DNA of 9,344 nucleotides from a virus (Duplodnaviria; Heunggongvirae; Uroviricota; Caudoviricetes): IMG/VR virus record IMGVR_UViG_2636415858_000001; one strand, 5' to 3'. Shown piece by piece: positions 1 to 6,837 of this stretch (position 1 is its first letter; each line of letters starts with the position of its first letter). The notes under the pieces were generated by a model. It saw only the letters and a program-made list of their open reading frames with translations, ran no database searches and was not told where the DNA came from. The position numbers and the translations under genes were made by a program.

Positions 1-1254
1 ATGCTGGAACAAATGGGCATTGCCGCGAAGCAAGCCTCGTATAAATTAGCGCAACTCTCCAGCCGCGAAAAAAATCGCGTGCTGGAAAAAATCGCCGATG
101 AACTGGAAGCACAAAGCGAAATCATTCTCAACGCTAACGCCCAGGATGTTGCTGACGCGCGAGCCAATGGCCTTAGCGAAGCGATGCTTGACCGTCTGGC
201 ACTGACGCCCGCACGGCTGAAAGGCATTGCCGACGATGTACGTCAGGTGTGCAACCTCGCCGATCCGGTGGGGCAGGTAATCGATGGCGGCGTACTGGAC
301 AGCGGCCTGCGTCTTGAGCGTCGTCGCGTACCGCTGGGAGTTATTGGCGTGATTTATGAAGCGCGCCCGAACGTGACGGTTGATGTCGCTTCGCTGTGCC
401 TGAAAACCGGTAATGCGGTGATCCTGCGCGGTGGCAAAGAAACGTGTCGCACTAACGCTGCAACGGTGGCGGTGATTCAGGACGCCCTGAAATCCTGCGG
501 CTTACCGGCGGGTGCCGTGCAGGCGATTGATAATCCTGACCGTGCGCTGGTCAGTGAAATGCTGCGTATGGATAAATACATCGACATGCTGATCCCGCGT
601 GGTGGCGCTGGTTTGCATAAACTGTGCCGTGAACAGTCGACAATCCCGGTGATCACAGGTGGTATAGGCGTATGCCATATTTACGTTGATGAAAGTGTAG
701 AGATCGCTGAAGCATTAAAAGTGATCGTCAACGCGAAAACTCAGCGTCCGAGCACATGTAATACGGTTGAAACGTTGCTGGTGAATAAAAACATCGCCGA
801 TAGCTTCCTGCCCGCATTAAGCAAACAAATGGCGGAAAGCGGCGTGACATTACACGCAGATGCAGCTGCACTGGCGCAGTTGCAGGCAGGCCCTGCGAAG
901 GTGGTTGCTGTTAAAGCCGAAGAGTATGACGATGAGTTTCTGTCATTAGATTTGAACGTCAAAATCGTCAGCGATCTTGACGATGCCATCGCCCATATTC
1001 GTGAACACGGCACACAACACTCCGATGCGATCCTGACCTGCGATATGCGCAACGCCCAGCGTTTTGTTAACGAAGTGGATTCGTCCGCTGTTTACGTTAA
1101 CGCCTCTACGCGTTTTACCGACGGCGGCCAGTTTGGTCTGGGTGCGGAAGTGGCGGTAAGCACACAAAAACTCCACGCGCGTGGCCCAATGGGGCTGGAA
1201 GCACTGACCACTTACAAGTGGATCGGCATTGGTGATTACACCATTCGTGCGTAA
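1..1254 (+). CDS. proA: gamma-glutamyl phosphate reductase (ProA), complete 417 aa
   Basis: ORF 1..1254 starts with ATG at window position 1 and ends with TAA at 1252-1254. The translation ([20 protein letters not shown]... [23 protein letters not shown]) matches enterobacterial ProA as I recall it, in length and sequence. Antisense ORFs 741..1052 and 946..1335 are treated as shadows. Confidence 0.95.
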   Translation: MLEQMGIAAKQASYKLAQLSSREKNRVLEKIADELEAQSEIILNANAQDVADARANGLSEAMLDRLALTPARLKGIADDVRQVCNLADPVGQVIDGGVLDSGLRLERRRVPLGVIGVIYEARPNVTVDVASLCLKTGNAVILRGGKETCRTNAATVAVIQDALKSCGLPAGAVQAIDNPDRALVSEMLRMDKYIDMLIPRGGAGLHKLCREQSTIPVITGGIGVCHIYVDESVEIAEALKVIVNAKTQRPSTCNTVETLLVNKNIADSFLPALSKQMAESGVTLHADAAALAQLQAGPAKVVAVKAEEYDDEFLSLDLNVKIVSDLDDAIAHIREHGTQHSDAILTCDMRNAQRFVNEVDSSAVYVNASTRFTDGGQFGLGAEVAVSTQKLHARGPMGLEALTTYKWIGIGDYTIRA

Positions 1255-1368
1255 ATAAAACCGGGTGATGCAAAAGTAGCCATTTGATTCACAAGGCCAT
1301 TGACGCATCGCCCGGTTAGTTTTAACCTTGTCCACCGTGATTCACGTTCGTGAACATGTCCTTTCAGG

Positions 1369-1444
1369 GCCGATATAGCTCAGTTGGTAGAGCAGCGCAT
1401 TCGTAATGCGAAGGTCGTAGGTTCGACTCCTATTATCGGCACCA
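1369..1444 (+). tRNA. thrW: tRNA-Thr (anticodon CGT), 76 nt with encoded CCA
   Basis: GCCGATATAGCTCAGTTGGTAGAGCAGCGCATTCGTAATGCGAAGGTCGTAGGTTCGACTCCTATTATCGGCACCA folds as a cloverleaf: 7-bp acceptor stem GCCGATA/TATCGGC, D-arm GCTC/GAGC, anticodon loop TTCGTAA with CGT at 34-36, T-arm GTAGG-TTCGACT-CCTAT. It lies directly downstream of proA, as thrW does in E. coli. Confidence 0.95.
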
Positions 1445-1458
1445 TTTAAATCAATAAG

Positions 1459-2622
1459 TTACACATCATTAGTACGTTCCTTATTTCTTGACTGGGACAA
1501 ATTTGGGACCGATGGGTTCAGAATCGAGTCTATTTGCCGTGCGTGTTCGGTAAGGTGATTAGGTGCGAGGTGAGCATATCGACGAACCATTTCGATAGAC
1601 TCCCAGCCTCCCATTTCCTGTAACACTGATAACGGGACTCCGGCTTGAACCAGCCAACTTGCCCAGGTGTGTCTCAAGTCGTGAAATCTGAAATCATCAA
1701 TACCTGCTCGTCTCAGCGCCGCTTTCCAGGCTGTGTTTGCGTCATACCGCATCTTCCTGACTGTTGGCGCTTTCGTTCCGTCTGGTTTGGTACAGCTTTC
1801 CTTATACACAAATACCCAACGGTGATGATTCCCGATTTGTTTTTTCAATACGCGACATGCAGTATCATTCAGCGCAACGCCAATTGCGCGGTTTGATTTA
1901 CTCTCTTCCGGGTTTATCCATGCCACCCGGCGCTGCATGTCTATTTGTTGCCATTCAAGGTTGATGATGTTCGAGCGTCTTAAGCCTGTTGCAAGTGCAA
2001 ATTCAACAACAGACTTTAATGGCTCCGGACATTCATCAATCAGCCTTTGTGCTTCATGAGGCTCCAGCCAGCGGATCCGTTTATTCTTTGGTTGAGGCAC
2101 TTTAATAATTGGTGCCTTATCCAGCATTTTCCATTCACGCTCTGCGGCTCTTAGCAGGGCCTTTATAAATGAAAGATGCGTAGCCTTCGTTGCAACGGAC
2201 GCTGGTTTTGGCGTGTATTCTGGAACAGGTTTCCCTTTTTTTCTGCATGCTTCTGCCCTGAGTTTCCAGTTTTCCTCATGACGCCGGTTCGTCATTTTCT
2301 GCATTGCTGAATAAATTTTTGATTCAGTAATGTCTCTTAGTTGCATTCCTGCGAAATGTTGAAGCCAGAATCCGATCCGGCTTTTGTCATCGTCCAGTGA
2401 TTTTTTATGTGCTTTCTCTTCAAGCCACCTGACACACGCTTCCTCGAACGTTATATCAGGAATTTCACCAAGTTTGCTGACCCGCCATGCTTCAGCCTTT
2501 AGCTTGTCATGGAGTTCTGTCGCCTGCCTTTTGTCCTTTGTTCCAAGAGACTGTTTAAATCTTTTACCGTTCGGCAATGTGAAACTGGCGTACCATATTT
2601 CACCTCTGCGGAAGAGTGACAT
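1459..2622 (-). CDS. int: phage tyrosine integrase (P22/SfV/DLP12-like), 387 aa
   Basis: The 387-aa ORF has catalytic-domain motifs of tyrosine recombinases ([12 protein letters not shown] ... MVRRYAHL, i.e. the R...HxxR...Y signature). Its stop lies 14 bp from the tRNA 3' end and it converges on thrW, the usual integrase-next-to-attL layout. A GAGGAAAG ribosome-binding site precedes the ATG at 2622. Confidence 0.9.
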   Translation of the reverse strand: MSLFRRGEIWYASFTLPNGKRFKQSLGTKDKRQATELHDKLKAEAWRVSKLGEIPDITFEEACVRWLEEKAHKKSLDDDKSRIGFWLQHFAGMQLRDITESKIYSAMQKMTNRRHEENWKLRAEACRKKGKPVPEYTPKPASVATKATHLSFIKALLRAAEREWKMLDKAPIIKVPQPKNKRIRWLEPHEAQRLIDECPEPLKSVVEFALATGLRRSNIINLEWQQIDMQRRVAWINPEESKSNRAIGVALNDTACRVLKKQIGNHHRWVFVYKESCTKPDGTKAPTVRKMRYDANTAWKAALRRAGIDDFRFHDLRHTWASWLVQAGVPLSVLQEMGGWESIEMVRRYAHLAPNHLTEHARQIDSILNPSVPNLSQSRNKERTNDV

Positions 2623-2849
2623 TTTCTTTCCTCTGTTATGCCATCACCCGCGCTCACCTGGACAGTATGCAGCGGAGACTGAAGCGCCGCAATGCAGGCT
2701 TGTCGTGTTGTGAGGTAAGGAGATTTATTCTTAGTGGGATCTTTGCGTGTTGCCTGCAGACGCCCTGTGCGTATCCAGTTAATGGCAGTCGGTCTGGATA
2801 TCTTGAGAAAATGACAGGCCTCATCTAGCGTGAGGCTGTATGGTTCCAT
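2499..2849 (-). CDS. xis: excisionase (Xis), about 116 aa, overlapping the int 5' end
   Basis: The minus-strand frame reads [38 protein letters not shown]..., a small DNA-binding excisionase-type N-terminus. I chose the ATG at 2849..2847 because the longer ORF-track version (2499..2933) would overlap the upstream gene. The 3' 124 nt overlap int in another frame, as in lambda/P22-type xis-int pairs. Confidence 0.7.
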   Translation of the reverse strand: MEPYSLTLDEACHFLKISRPTAINWIRTGRLQATRKDPTKNKSPYLTTRQACIAALQSPLHTVQVSAGDGITEERKCHSSAEVKYGTPVSHCRTVKDLNSLLEQRTKGRRQNSMTS

Positions 2850-3048
2850 TATTTCACCTCTTGCTGTGATATTGTTGAAAAATGAATGCCAGCTCGTTGT
2901 TGCCAGACGATCCAACCGAGAGTCATATCCCATGCCATGTATTCGTTATCGCCGTTTTTTGCTCTCCGACTATCTACTAAGCCACCGAAATGTTTTTCCA
3001 TAAATAATTCATAGGATTCGCGTTCATCTGGCTCTACTTCCAGAGATA
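2849..3048 (-). pseudogene. 3' portion of a ~101-codon phage early gene split by IS600 (YfdT-like position)
   Basis: ORF-track entry 2849..3097 has its first 17 codons (MPFYFRKECPLNSGYLI) encoded inside the IS600 left end, so that start is an artefact. The authentic reading frame enters from the far side of the IS (see 4312..4420). The stop TAA overlaps the xis ATG (TAATG). Confidence 0.75.
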
Positions 3049-3112
3049 TGAGGTAGCCTGAGTTTAACGGACACTCCTTCCTGAAATAGAATGGCATCAG
3101 AAGGAGCTAATA

Positions 3113-3400
3113 ATGAGCAGAAAAAACCAACGTTACTCTAAAGAGTTCAAAGCCGAAGCTGTCAGAACGGTTCTTGAAAATCAACTTTCGATCAGTGAAG
3201 GCGCTTCCCGATTATCCCTTCCTGAAGGCACTTTAGGACAATGGGTTACCGCCGCCAGAAAAGGGCTCGGTACTCCTGGTTCCCGCACGGTGGCTGAACT
3301 GGAATCTGAAATTCTGCAACTGCGTAAGGCGTTAAATGAAGCTCGCCTTGAGCGAGATATATTAAAAAAGCAACAGCGTATTTTGCACAGGAGTCGCTGA
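3113..3400 (+). CDS. IS3-family transposase OrfA (helix-turn-helix / leucine-zipper part), 95 aa
   Basis: MSRKNQRYSKEFKAEAVRTVLENQLSISEGASRLSLPEGTLGQWV... is a typical IS3-family OrfA. A GGAG ribosome-binding site lies 7 nt upstream. The slippery heptamer A AAA AAG is at 3364-3370 in the orfA frame. Confidence 0.9.
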   Translation: MSRKNQRYSKEFKAEAVRTVLENQLSISEGASRLSLPEGTLGQWVTAARKGLGTPGSRTVAELESEILQLRKALNEARLERDILKKQQRILHRSR

Positions 3401-3449
3401 AAAATACGCGTTAATCGAACAATGGCGACAACAATTTCCCATTGAAGCG

Positions 3450-4268
3450 ATGTGTCAGGTATTTGGTGTATCCAGGAGCGGTTATTACAACTGGGTACAG
3501 CATGAACCCTCAGACAGAAAACAAAGTGATGAGCGGCTAAAACTGGAGATTAAGGTGGCACATATCCGCACTCGCGAAACATATGGAACCCGGCGGCTCC
3601 AGACGGAGCTGGCAGAGAATGGCATCATCGTTGGTCGTGACCGACTGGCACGTCTTCGTAAGGAGCTAAGGCTACGCTGTAAGCAGAAACGCAAGTTCAG
3701 AGCGACTACGAACCCGAACCACAATCTGCCAGTTGCGCCAAATCTGCTGAACCAGACGTTCGCTCCTACAGCACCAAATCAGGTCTGGGTGGCGGACCTG
3801 ACGTATGTTGCCACACAGGAGGGATGGTTGTACCTCGCTGGCATCAAAGATGTTTATACGTGCGAAATTGTCGGCTACGCCATGGGAGAGCGCATGACAA
3901 AAGAGCTGACAGGTAAAGCCCTGTTTATGGCGCTCAGGAGCCAGCGCCCACCTGCCGGGCTAATCCACCACTCTGATCGAGGTTCACAGTACTGCGCATA
4001 CGATTACCGGGTCATACAGGAGCAGTCTGGTCTGAAAACATCAATGTCGCGTAAAGGTCAATGTTACGACAACGCTCCGATGGAAAGCTTCTGGGGAACG
4101 CTGAAAAATGAGAGCCTGAGCCACTATCGTTTTAATAACCGGGATGAAGCCATCTCAGTAATACGGGAATACATTGAGATTTTCTACAATCGTCAGCGTC
4201 GTCACTCTCGTCTGGGGAATATCTCCCCGGCAGCCTTCAGGGAAAAATATCATCAGATGGCTGCTTAA
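3450..4268 (+). CDS. IS3-family transposase OrfB (DDE catalytic domain), 272 aa from first ATG; frame is open from 3366
   Basis: The translation carries the IS3-family integrase-core signature (VWVADLTYV ... HHSDRGSQY ... CYDNAPMESFWGTLKNE). The frame is open back to 3366, overlapping the orfA 3' end (ALIEQWRQQFPIEAMCQVFGVSRSGYYNW). It is +1 relative to orfA rather than the expected -1. Confidence 0.9.
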   Translation: MCQVFGVSRSGYYNWVQHEPSDRKQSDERLKLEIKVAHIRTRETYGTRRLQTELAENGIIVGRDRLARLRKELRLRCKQKRKFRATTNPNHNLPVAPNLLNQTFAPTAPNQVWVADLTYVATQEGWLYLAGIKDVYTCEIVGYAMGERMTKELTGKALFMALRSQRPPAGLIHHSDRGSQYCAYDYRVIQEQSGLKTSMSRKGQCYDNAPMESFWGTLKNESLSHYRFNNRDEAISVIREYIEIFYNRQRRHSRLGNISPAAFREKYHQMAA

Positions 4269-4311
4269 AAAAAGAACAAATGGTAGTGTCCGCTATTGCC
4301 AGTACACCTCA

Positions 4312-4420
4312 ATAGGAGTGCGATTTCATAAGCACGGCGCTCAATATCGTCTCGCACGTCAAGGCTGCTGATACGCTCTTTAATTTCTTTAATCAGTTCT
4401 TTGTCGGTAAAAGTGGTCAT
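4312..4420 (-). pseudogene. 5' portion (codons 1-36) of the IS600-split phage early gene
   Basis: Minus-strand ATG at 4420..4418 overlaps the stop of the upstream gene (TAATG) and reads MTTFTDKELIKEIKERISSLDVRDDIERRAYEIALL up to the IS boundary. Removing the IS and one ATA copy joins it in frame to ...SLEVEPDERESYELFMEKHFGG...QQEVK, giving a 101-codon ORF. Confidence 0.75.
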
Positions 4421-4782
4421 TATGCTCCAGCCTCCGGTGCTTTTGGCATTACTGCCCAGTGAGTGATATTGACGTTTTCAAGGTCCCCGACCTGAAATGT
4501 CCACTGCCAGTCTCCGGTTTCTTTTTGTCCCCAGGTGTACCAGAGAGAACGCCAGCCAATTAGCCAGCCTTCTCCGTTAGCATCGAATAACAAAACACTT
4601 TCATTTGCTGGTGGCAGTTCAGTTGACACTGGTATTACTTTGTTTTCCAGTGCCGCACATTTAGCTTCAAGCGCATCGAATTTACGCACCAGGTATTCAG
4701 CATCCGTTTCATTCACTTTCAGATCTCGCGGTACACATTTCCCGCGAAGAAACCCTTCCATTTCGAAAACATTCATGCGCAT
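4420..4782 (-). CDS. hypothetical phage early protein, 120 aa (YfdS-like by size and position)
   Basis: 120-aa ORF (MRMNVFEMEGFLRGKCVPRDLKVNETDAEYLVRKFDALEAKCAALENKV...) overlapping the upstream gene by 10 nt and the downstream gene by 1 nt. No domain recognised with certainty; the YfdS assignment rests on recalled length and gene order in the CPS-53 prophage. Confidence 0.6.
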   Translation of the reverse strand: MRMNVFEMEGFLRGKCVPRDLKVNETDAEYLVRKFDALEAKCAALENKVIPVSTELPPANESVLLFDANGEGWLIGWRSLWYTWGQKETGDWQWTFQVGDLENVNITHWAVMPKAPEAGA

Positions 4783-5309
4783 TTGCGTAACTCCGATAAT
4801 TCGTTAAAACGTTCCATAAACATCCCGTAGGCATGGCCTGGCGACAGTGGAATAACTTTGAACATCTCTGTTGCTGGGATACCTTCTAGTAGAGGCCAGA
4901 AAGAGCCATCATCAAGCCCAAGATCGCGGCGTTCGGTTGCCAGCATGATGAGATCGGCATATTTCACGGGCGTGCTCATAACCGGGGGTAACCCGTATTT
5001 CTCACGGATTACGGCGTCTATTTTTTCTTCCATCCGTTTATAGTCAGGAAGAAGGCGTTTCAGTTGCGCGGGGATGTCCTGACAATACGCTTCTGTTGCA
5101 TCATGCATTAACGCTTCAAAGGCGAACTCTGGCGCCACAAGTTGACTGCACAGAACGGAATGCTGCGCCACGCTGTAAAAATCCGGCAAGTGTCCCGCGA
5201 AGCGGCAGATATTTGAAAGCGCACCGGCGATATCCTCGATATAAATATCGTCAATGGTGGAGTTGATATAATTGAACTTCTTACCGGTAAGAGTCTGGAT
5301 AAAACTCAT
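4773..5309 (-). CDS. HD-domain phosphohydrolase, 178 aa (YfdR-like)
   Basis: 178-aa ORF with HD-superfamily metal-binding motifs (SVAQHSV ... ALMHDATEAY ... D). An AGGAG ribosome-binding site sits about 8 nt upstream of the ATG at 5309. Size and context match my recollection of prophage YfdR (a 5'-deoxynucleotidase-type HD protein). Confidence 0.7.
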   Translation of the reverse strand: MSFIQTLTGKKFNYINSTIDDIYIEDIAGALSNICRFAGHLPDFYSVAQHSVLCSQLVAPEFAFEALMHDATEAYCQDIPAQLKRLLPDYKRMEEKIDAVIREKYGLPPVMSTPVKYADLIMLATERRDLGLDDGSFWPLLEGIPATEMFKVIPLSPGHAYGMFMERFNELSELRKCA

Positions 5310-5467
5310 CGTTAGTTCTCCTTAATTGGTGCGCTGCACCGCACGATTTTTGGTTGCACGAATCCCTCGCCATAAGGCGATTAAAAGTTTTGGTTTCGTT
5401 TCAGTAAATGCCCCATCCAGAGGCACTTAGTGCAACGGGCGGCTGCCATCGCCAGTTATTTTCCCCA

Positions 5468-5550
5468 CTCAATTGAAAGCGCGTTCCGGAGGTTTTGGAC
5501 TTAACGAACTGGCACTTAATGACAAGGGACAGAACGCGCTTTCAGTTGAG
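5468..5550 (+). other. 19-bp inverted repeat with a 45-nt spacer (candidate structured RNA or protein-binding site)
   Basis: CTCAATTGAAAGCGCGTTC (5468-5486) and GAACGCGCTTTCAGTTGAG (5532-5550) are reverse complements except one position, which is a G-U wobble only if the plus strand is transcribed. Two GGCACTTA-containing direct repeats (near 5421 and 5500) lie in the same non-coding region. Confidence 0.4.
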
Positions 5551-5703
5551 TAAAAAGGTGGCTATTCATCAGAACATTGTCGCCTTCATTAGGTTTATCT
5601 GTTGAAGATCTGTAAGCCGCTTATAAATAAGTAGATATAAGATATTAGGAAAAGAAGAAGGACGTTATAGTTTTATTTGTGATGTGCAAAGTATATTTGA
5701 ATA

Positions 5704-5722
5704 GAACCCGCCCAGCGGGTTC
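5704..5722 (-). terminator. GC-rich hairpin 10 nt downstream of the AT-rich gene stop; possible (bidirectional) intrinsic terminator
   Basis: GAACCCGC-CCA-GCGGGTTC forms an 8-bp stem with a 3-nt loop. It is followed on the plus strand by TAAAGTGTTTTAATG and on the minus strand by TATTCAAATATACTTT; both U-tracts are weak, so confidence is moderate. Confidence 0.45.
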
Positions 5723-5731
5723 TAAAGTGTT

Positions 5732-6328
5732 TTAATGATTGTCGTGATAATTAATTGGCTCATCATTTTTTTTGTCTGGCATAGTTATGGACCACTTTAT
5801 ATTCTTTAGGCTGTTATGTTTTTTATTGACCTTAAGCTCTCTCTTTGCTTCAGAGATAATATCGTCTAGTAATACTTTTAATTTATCAAGTCTTGACTTG
5901 TGGGCATCTATCAACTCTATACTATCAAACACCCATTGTATAAATAGATTTTCTTCATTTTCAATGAATGAACGGATTTTATCCCCACACTCTTCTGTTA
6001 AGAATAATGAAGATAGCTCACCTATTCTACTGAGTTTTTCAAGCTCATTAGAGAAAGATTTGCTAAGGATTTCATTTTCTTCTTTTGATTTGTAACTAAA
6101 GTAGGTTGGGAATTGTGAAGCGTGATGTAACTCATGTTTATACCAATAGTCAGCTGTGTTTTTTAGAAGATAAACACAGTCAACTAATTACGTATACAAA
6201 TCTATTCTTTTGTCCCACCATTTTTCTTTATAATAACGGCCGAGTGCATATCGCGCAGTTAAGTAAGCTGCGATTGAGCCTGTAACAAGTCCGATAATTA
6301 CCTTTGATATAAGGTCATGCCAATCCAT
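5732..6328 (-). pseudogene. AT-rich membrane-anchored protein gene (about 197 codons) interrupted by a single in-frame TAA at 6188-6190
   Basis: Minus-strand ATG at 6328..6326 with AGGA 9 nt upstream reads MDWHDLISKVIIGLVTGSIAAYLTARYALGRYYKEKWWDKRIDLYT, then TAA, then the same frame stays open for 151 more codons (LVDCVYLLKNTADYWYKHELHHASQF...KKNDEPINYHDNH) with no in-frame ATG/GTG/TTG until near the end. That long open frame is improbable by chance in such AT-rich DNA. The ORF-track entry 5732..5932 is only the C-terminal tail from an internal GTG. Confidence 0.6.
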
Positions 6329-6746
6329 TTTTATTTTTCCTACATTATGTTATATAATTGTTCATATCATACAATTGTTGAGTATAGATGTCTCGTTATT
6401 CATCAACATTTACTCCTGTTAAATTAGGGGGAGTATGTATTAAAAATATTCATCTGGGTCGTCTAAATATTTTTGATAAACTAATAGCAATAACACTATC
6501 AGTATTGCCTGCCCTCACGTCGTTCTTGCTCTCGCGCGATTTTTAACTAAACACTAGCAGGATTTATCATGGTGCTACGCTACATTTACTTGTAGGGAGC
6601 TAAACAGATCATTGACGCTGAAAATATTCAAATTGTTAAAGAGCGAAGCGTCCTATGGGCGTTTTGTTGCTAACGAATCATCTTGGACTTCATATGCCCC
6701 AGGCGGCTACTTCGTGGGCATCCTGCCTGTTTGTTGTTTCGTTTTG

Positions 6747-6799
6747 GTACATTGTGTGTCCATGGGGTACATTGTGTGTCCATGGGGTACATTGTCAAG
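6747..6799. repeat. tandem direct repeat, 20-bp unit GTACATTGTGTGTCCATGGG, about 2.6 copies; operator-like
   Basis: Two identical units at 6747-6766 and 6767-6786, then a partial third GTACATTGTCAAG. The GGTACA(T)TTGT core recurs in the cI-cro intergenic region (7541-7546, 7591-7600). Unit junctions form TGTGTCC-ATGG-GGTACA, an imperfect version of the palindrome at 7528-7548. Confidence 0.6.
6771..6799 (-). promoter_or_regulatory. candidate leftward promoter (pL-like) overlapping the operator-like repeats
   Basis: On the minus strand there is a perfect -35 TTGACA (plus 6794-6799), a 16-bp spacer, and a -10-like CACAAT (plus 6772-6777). This sits just downstream of the cI terminator and points toward the AT-rich gene and the early-left genes. 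Confidence 0.35.
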
Positions 6800-6800
6800 T

Positions 6801-6825
6801 ATAAAAAAACCTGCCGAAGCAGGTT
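6801..6825 (-). terminator. intrinsic terminator of the repressor gene
   Basis: Minus-strand RNA would be AACCUGC-UUCG-GCAGGUU followed by UUUUUUUAU: a 7-bp stem, a UUCG tetraloop and a 7-U tract, starting 12 nt after the cI stop codon (6838-6840). Confidence 0.75.
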
Positions 6826-6837
6826 CATAAATATTGA

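Larger units (their letters stand above)
3049..4311 (+). mobile_element. IS3-family insertion sequence, IS600-like, 1263 bp, flanked by 3-bp direct repeat ATA
   Basis: Imperfect terminal inverted repeats: left TGAGGTAGCCTGAGTTTAACGGACACTCC, right end reverse-complement TGAGGTGTACTGGCAATAGCGGACACTAC, with TG...CA termini. ATA sits immediately outside both ends (3046-3048 and 4312-4314). The element contains orfA and orfB with an A AAA AAG slippery heptamer. Confidence 0.85.

Noticed and set aside
741-1335. Minus-strand ORFs 741..1052 and 946..1335 overlapping proA
   Set aside because: They lie antisense within the well-supported proA gene, with no ribosome-binding site and odd composition. 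They are typical shadow ORFs of a GC-rich coding region.
1645-2828. Plus-strand ORFs 1645..1896, 1764..1964, 2384..2713 and 2616..2828 inside int/xis
   Set aside because: They are antisense to the integrase and excisionase frames, which carry recognisable motifs. They are Cys/Ser-rich with no start context.
2499-2933. Longer 144-aa version of the excisionase ORF starting at 2933
   Set aside because: The extra 28 N-terminal codons would overlap the upstream gene's 3' end in another frame. The internal ATG at 2849 gives a standard-length excisionase with a TAATG coupling junction.
2849-3097. ORF 2849..3097 as an intact 82-aa gene
   Set aside because: Its first 17 codons are encoded by the IS600 left inverted repeat. 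It is the 3' remnant of a gene split by the IS, not an independent CDS.
3485-3724. Minus-strand ORF inside IS600 orfB
   Set aside because: It is antisense to the clearly homologous transposase frame; a shadow ORF.
4174-4371. Plus-strand ORF spanning the IS600 right end and flank
   Set aside because: It crosses the IS boundary and is antisense to the split phage gene; an artefact of the junction.
4372-4381. CGCTCTTTA, a boxA-like (nut site) motif
   Set aside because: It is on the plus strand inside the coding sequence of a minus-strand gene, with no adjacent boxB hairpin. It has the wrong orientation for the leftward operon.
4535-5043. Plus-strand ORFs 4535..4807 and 4858..5043
   Set aside because: They are antisense to the 120-aa and HD-domain genes; low-complexity Ser/Arg-rich shadow ORFs.
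5772-6095. Plus-strand 107-aa ORF in the AT-rich block
   Set aside because: It is antisense to the long minus-strand frame, and the translation is low-complexity (Ser/Leu/Phe-rich) as expected from AT-rich antisense sequence.
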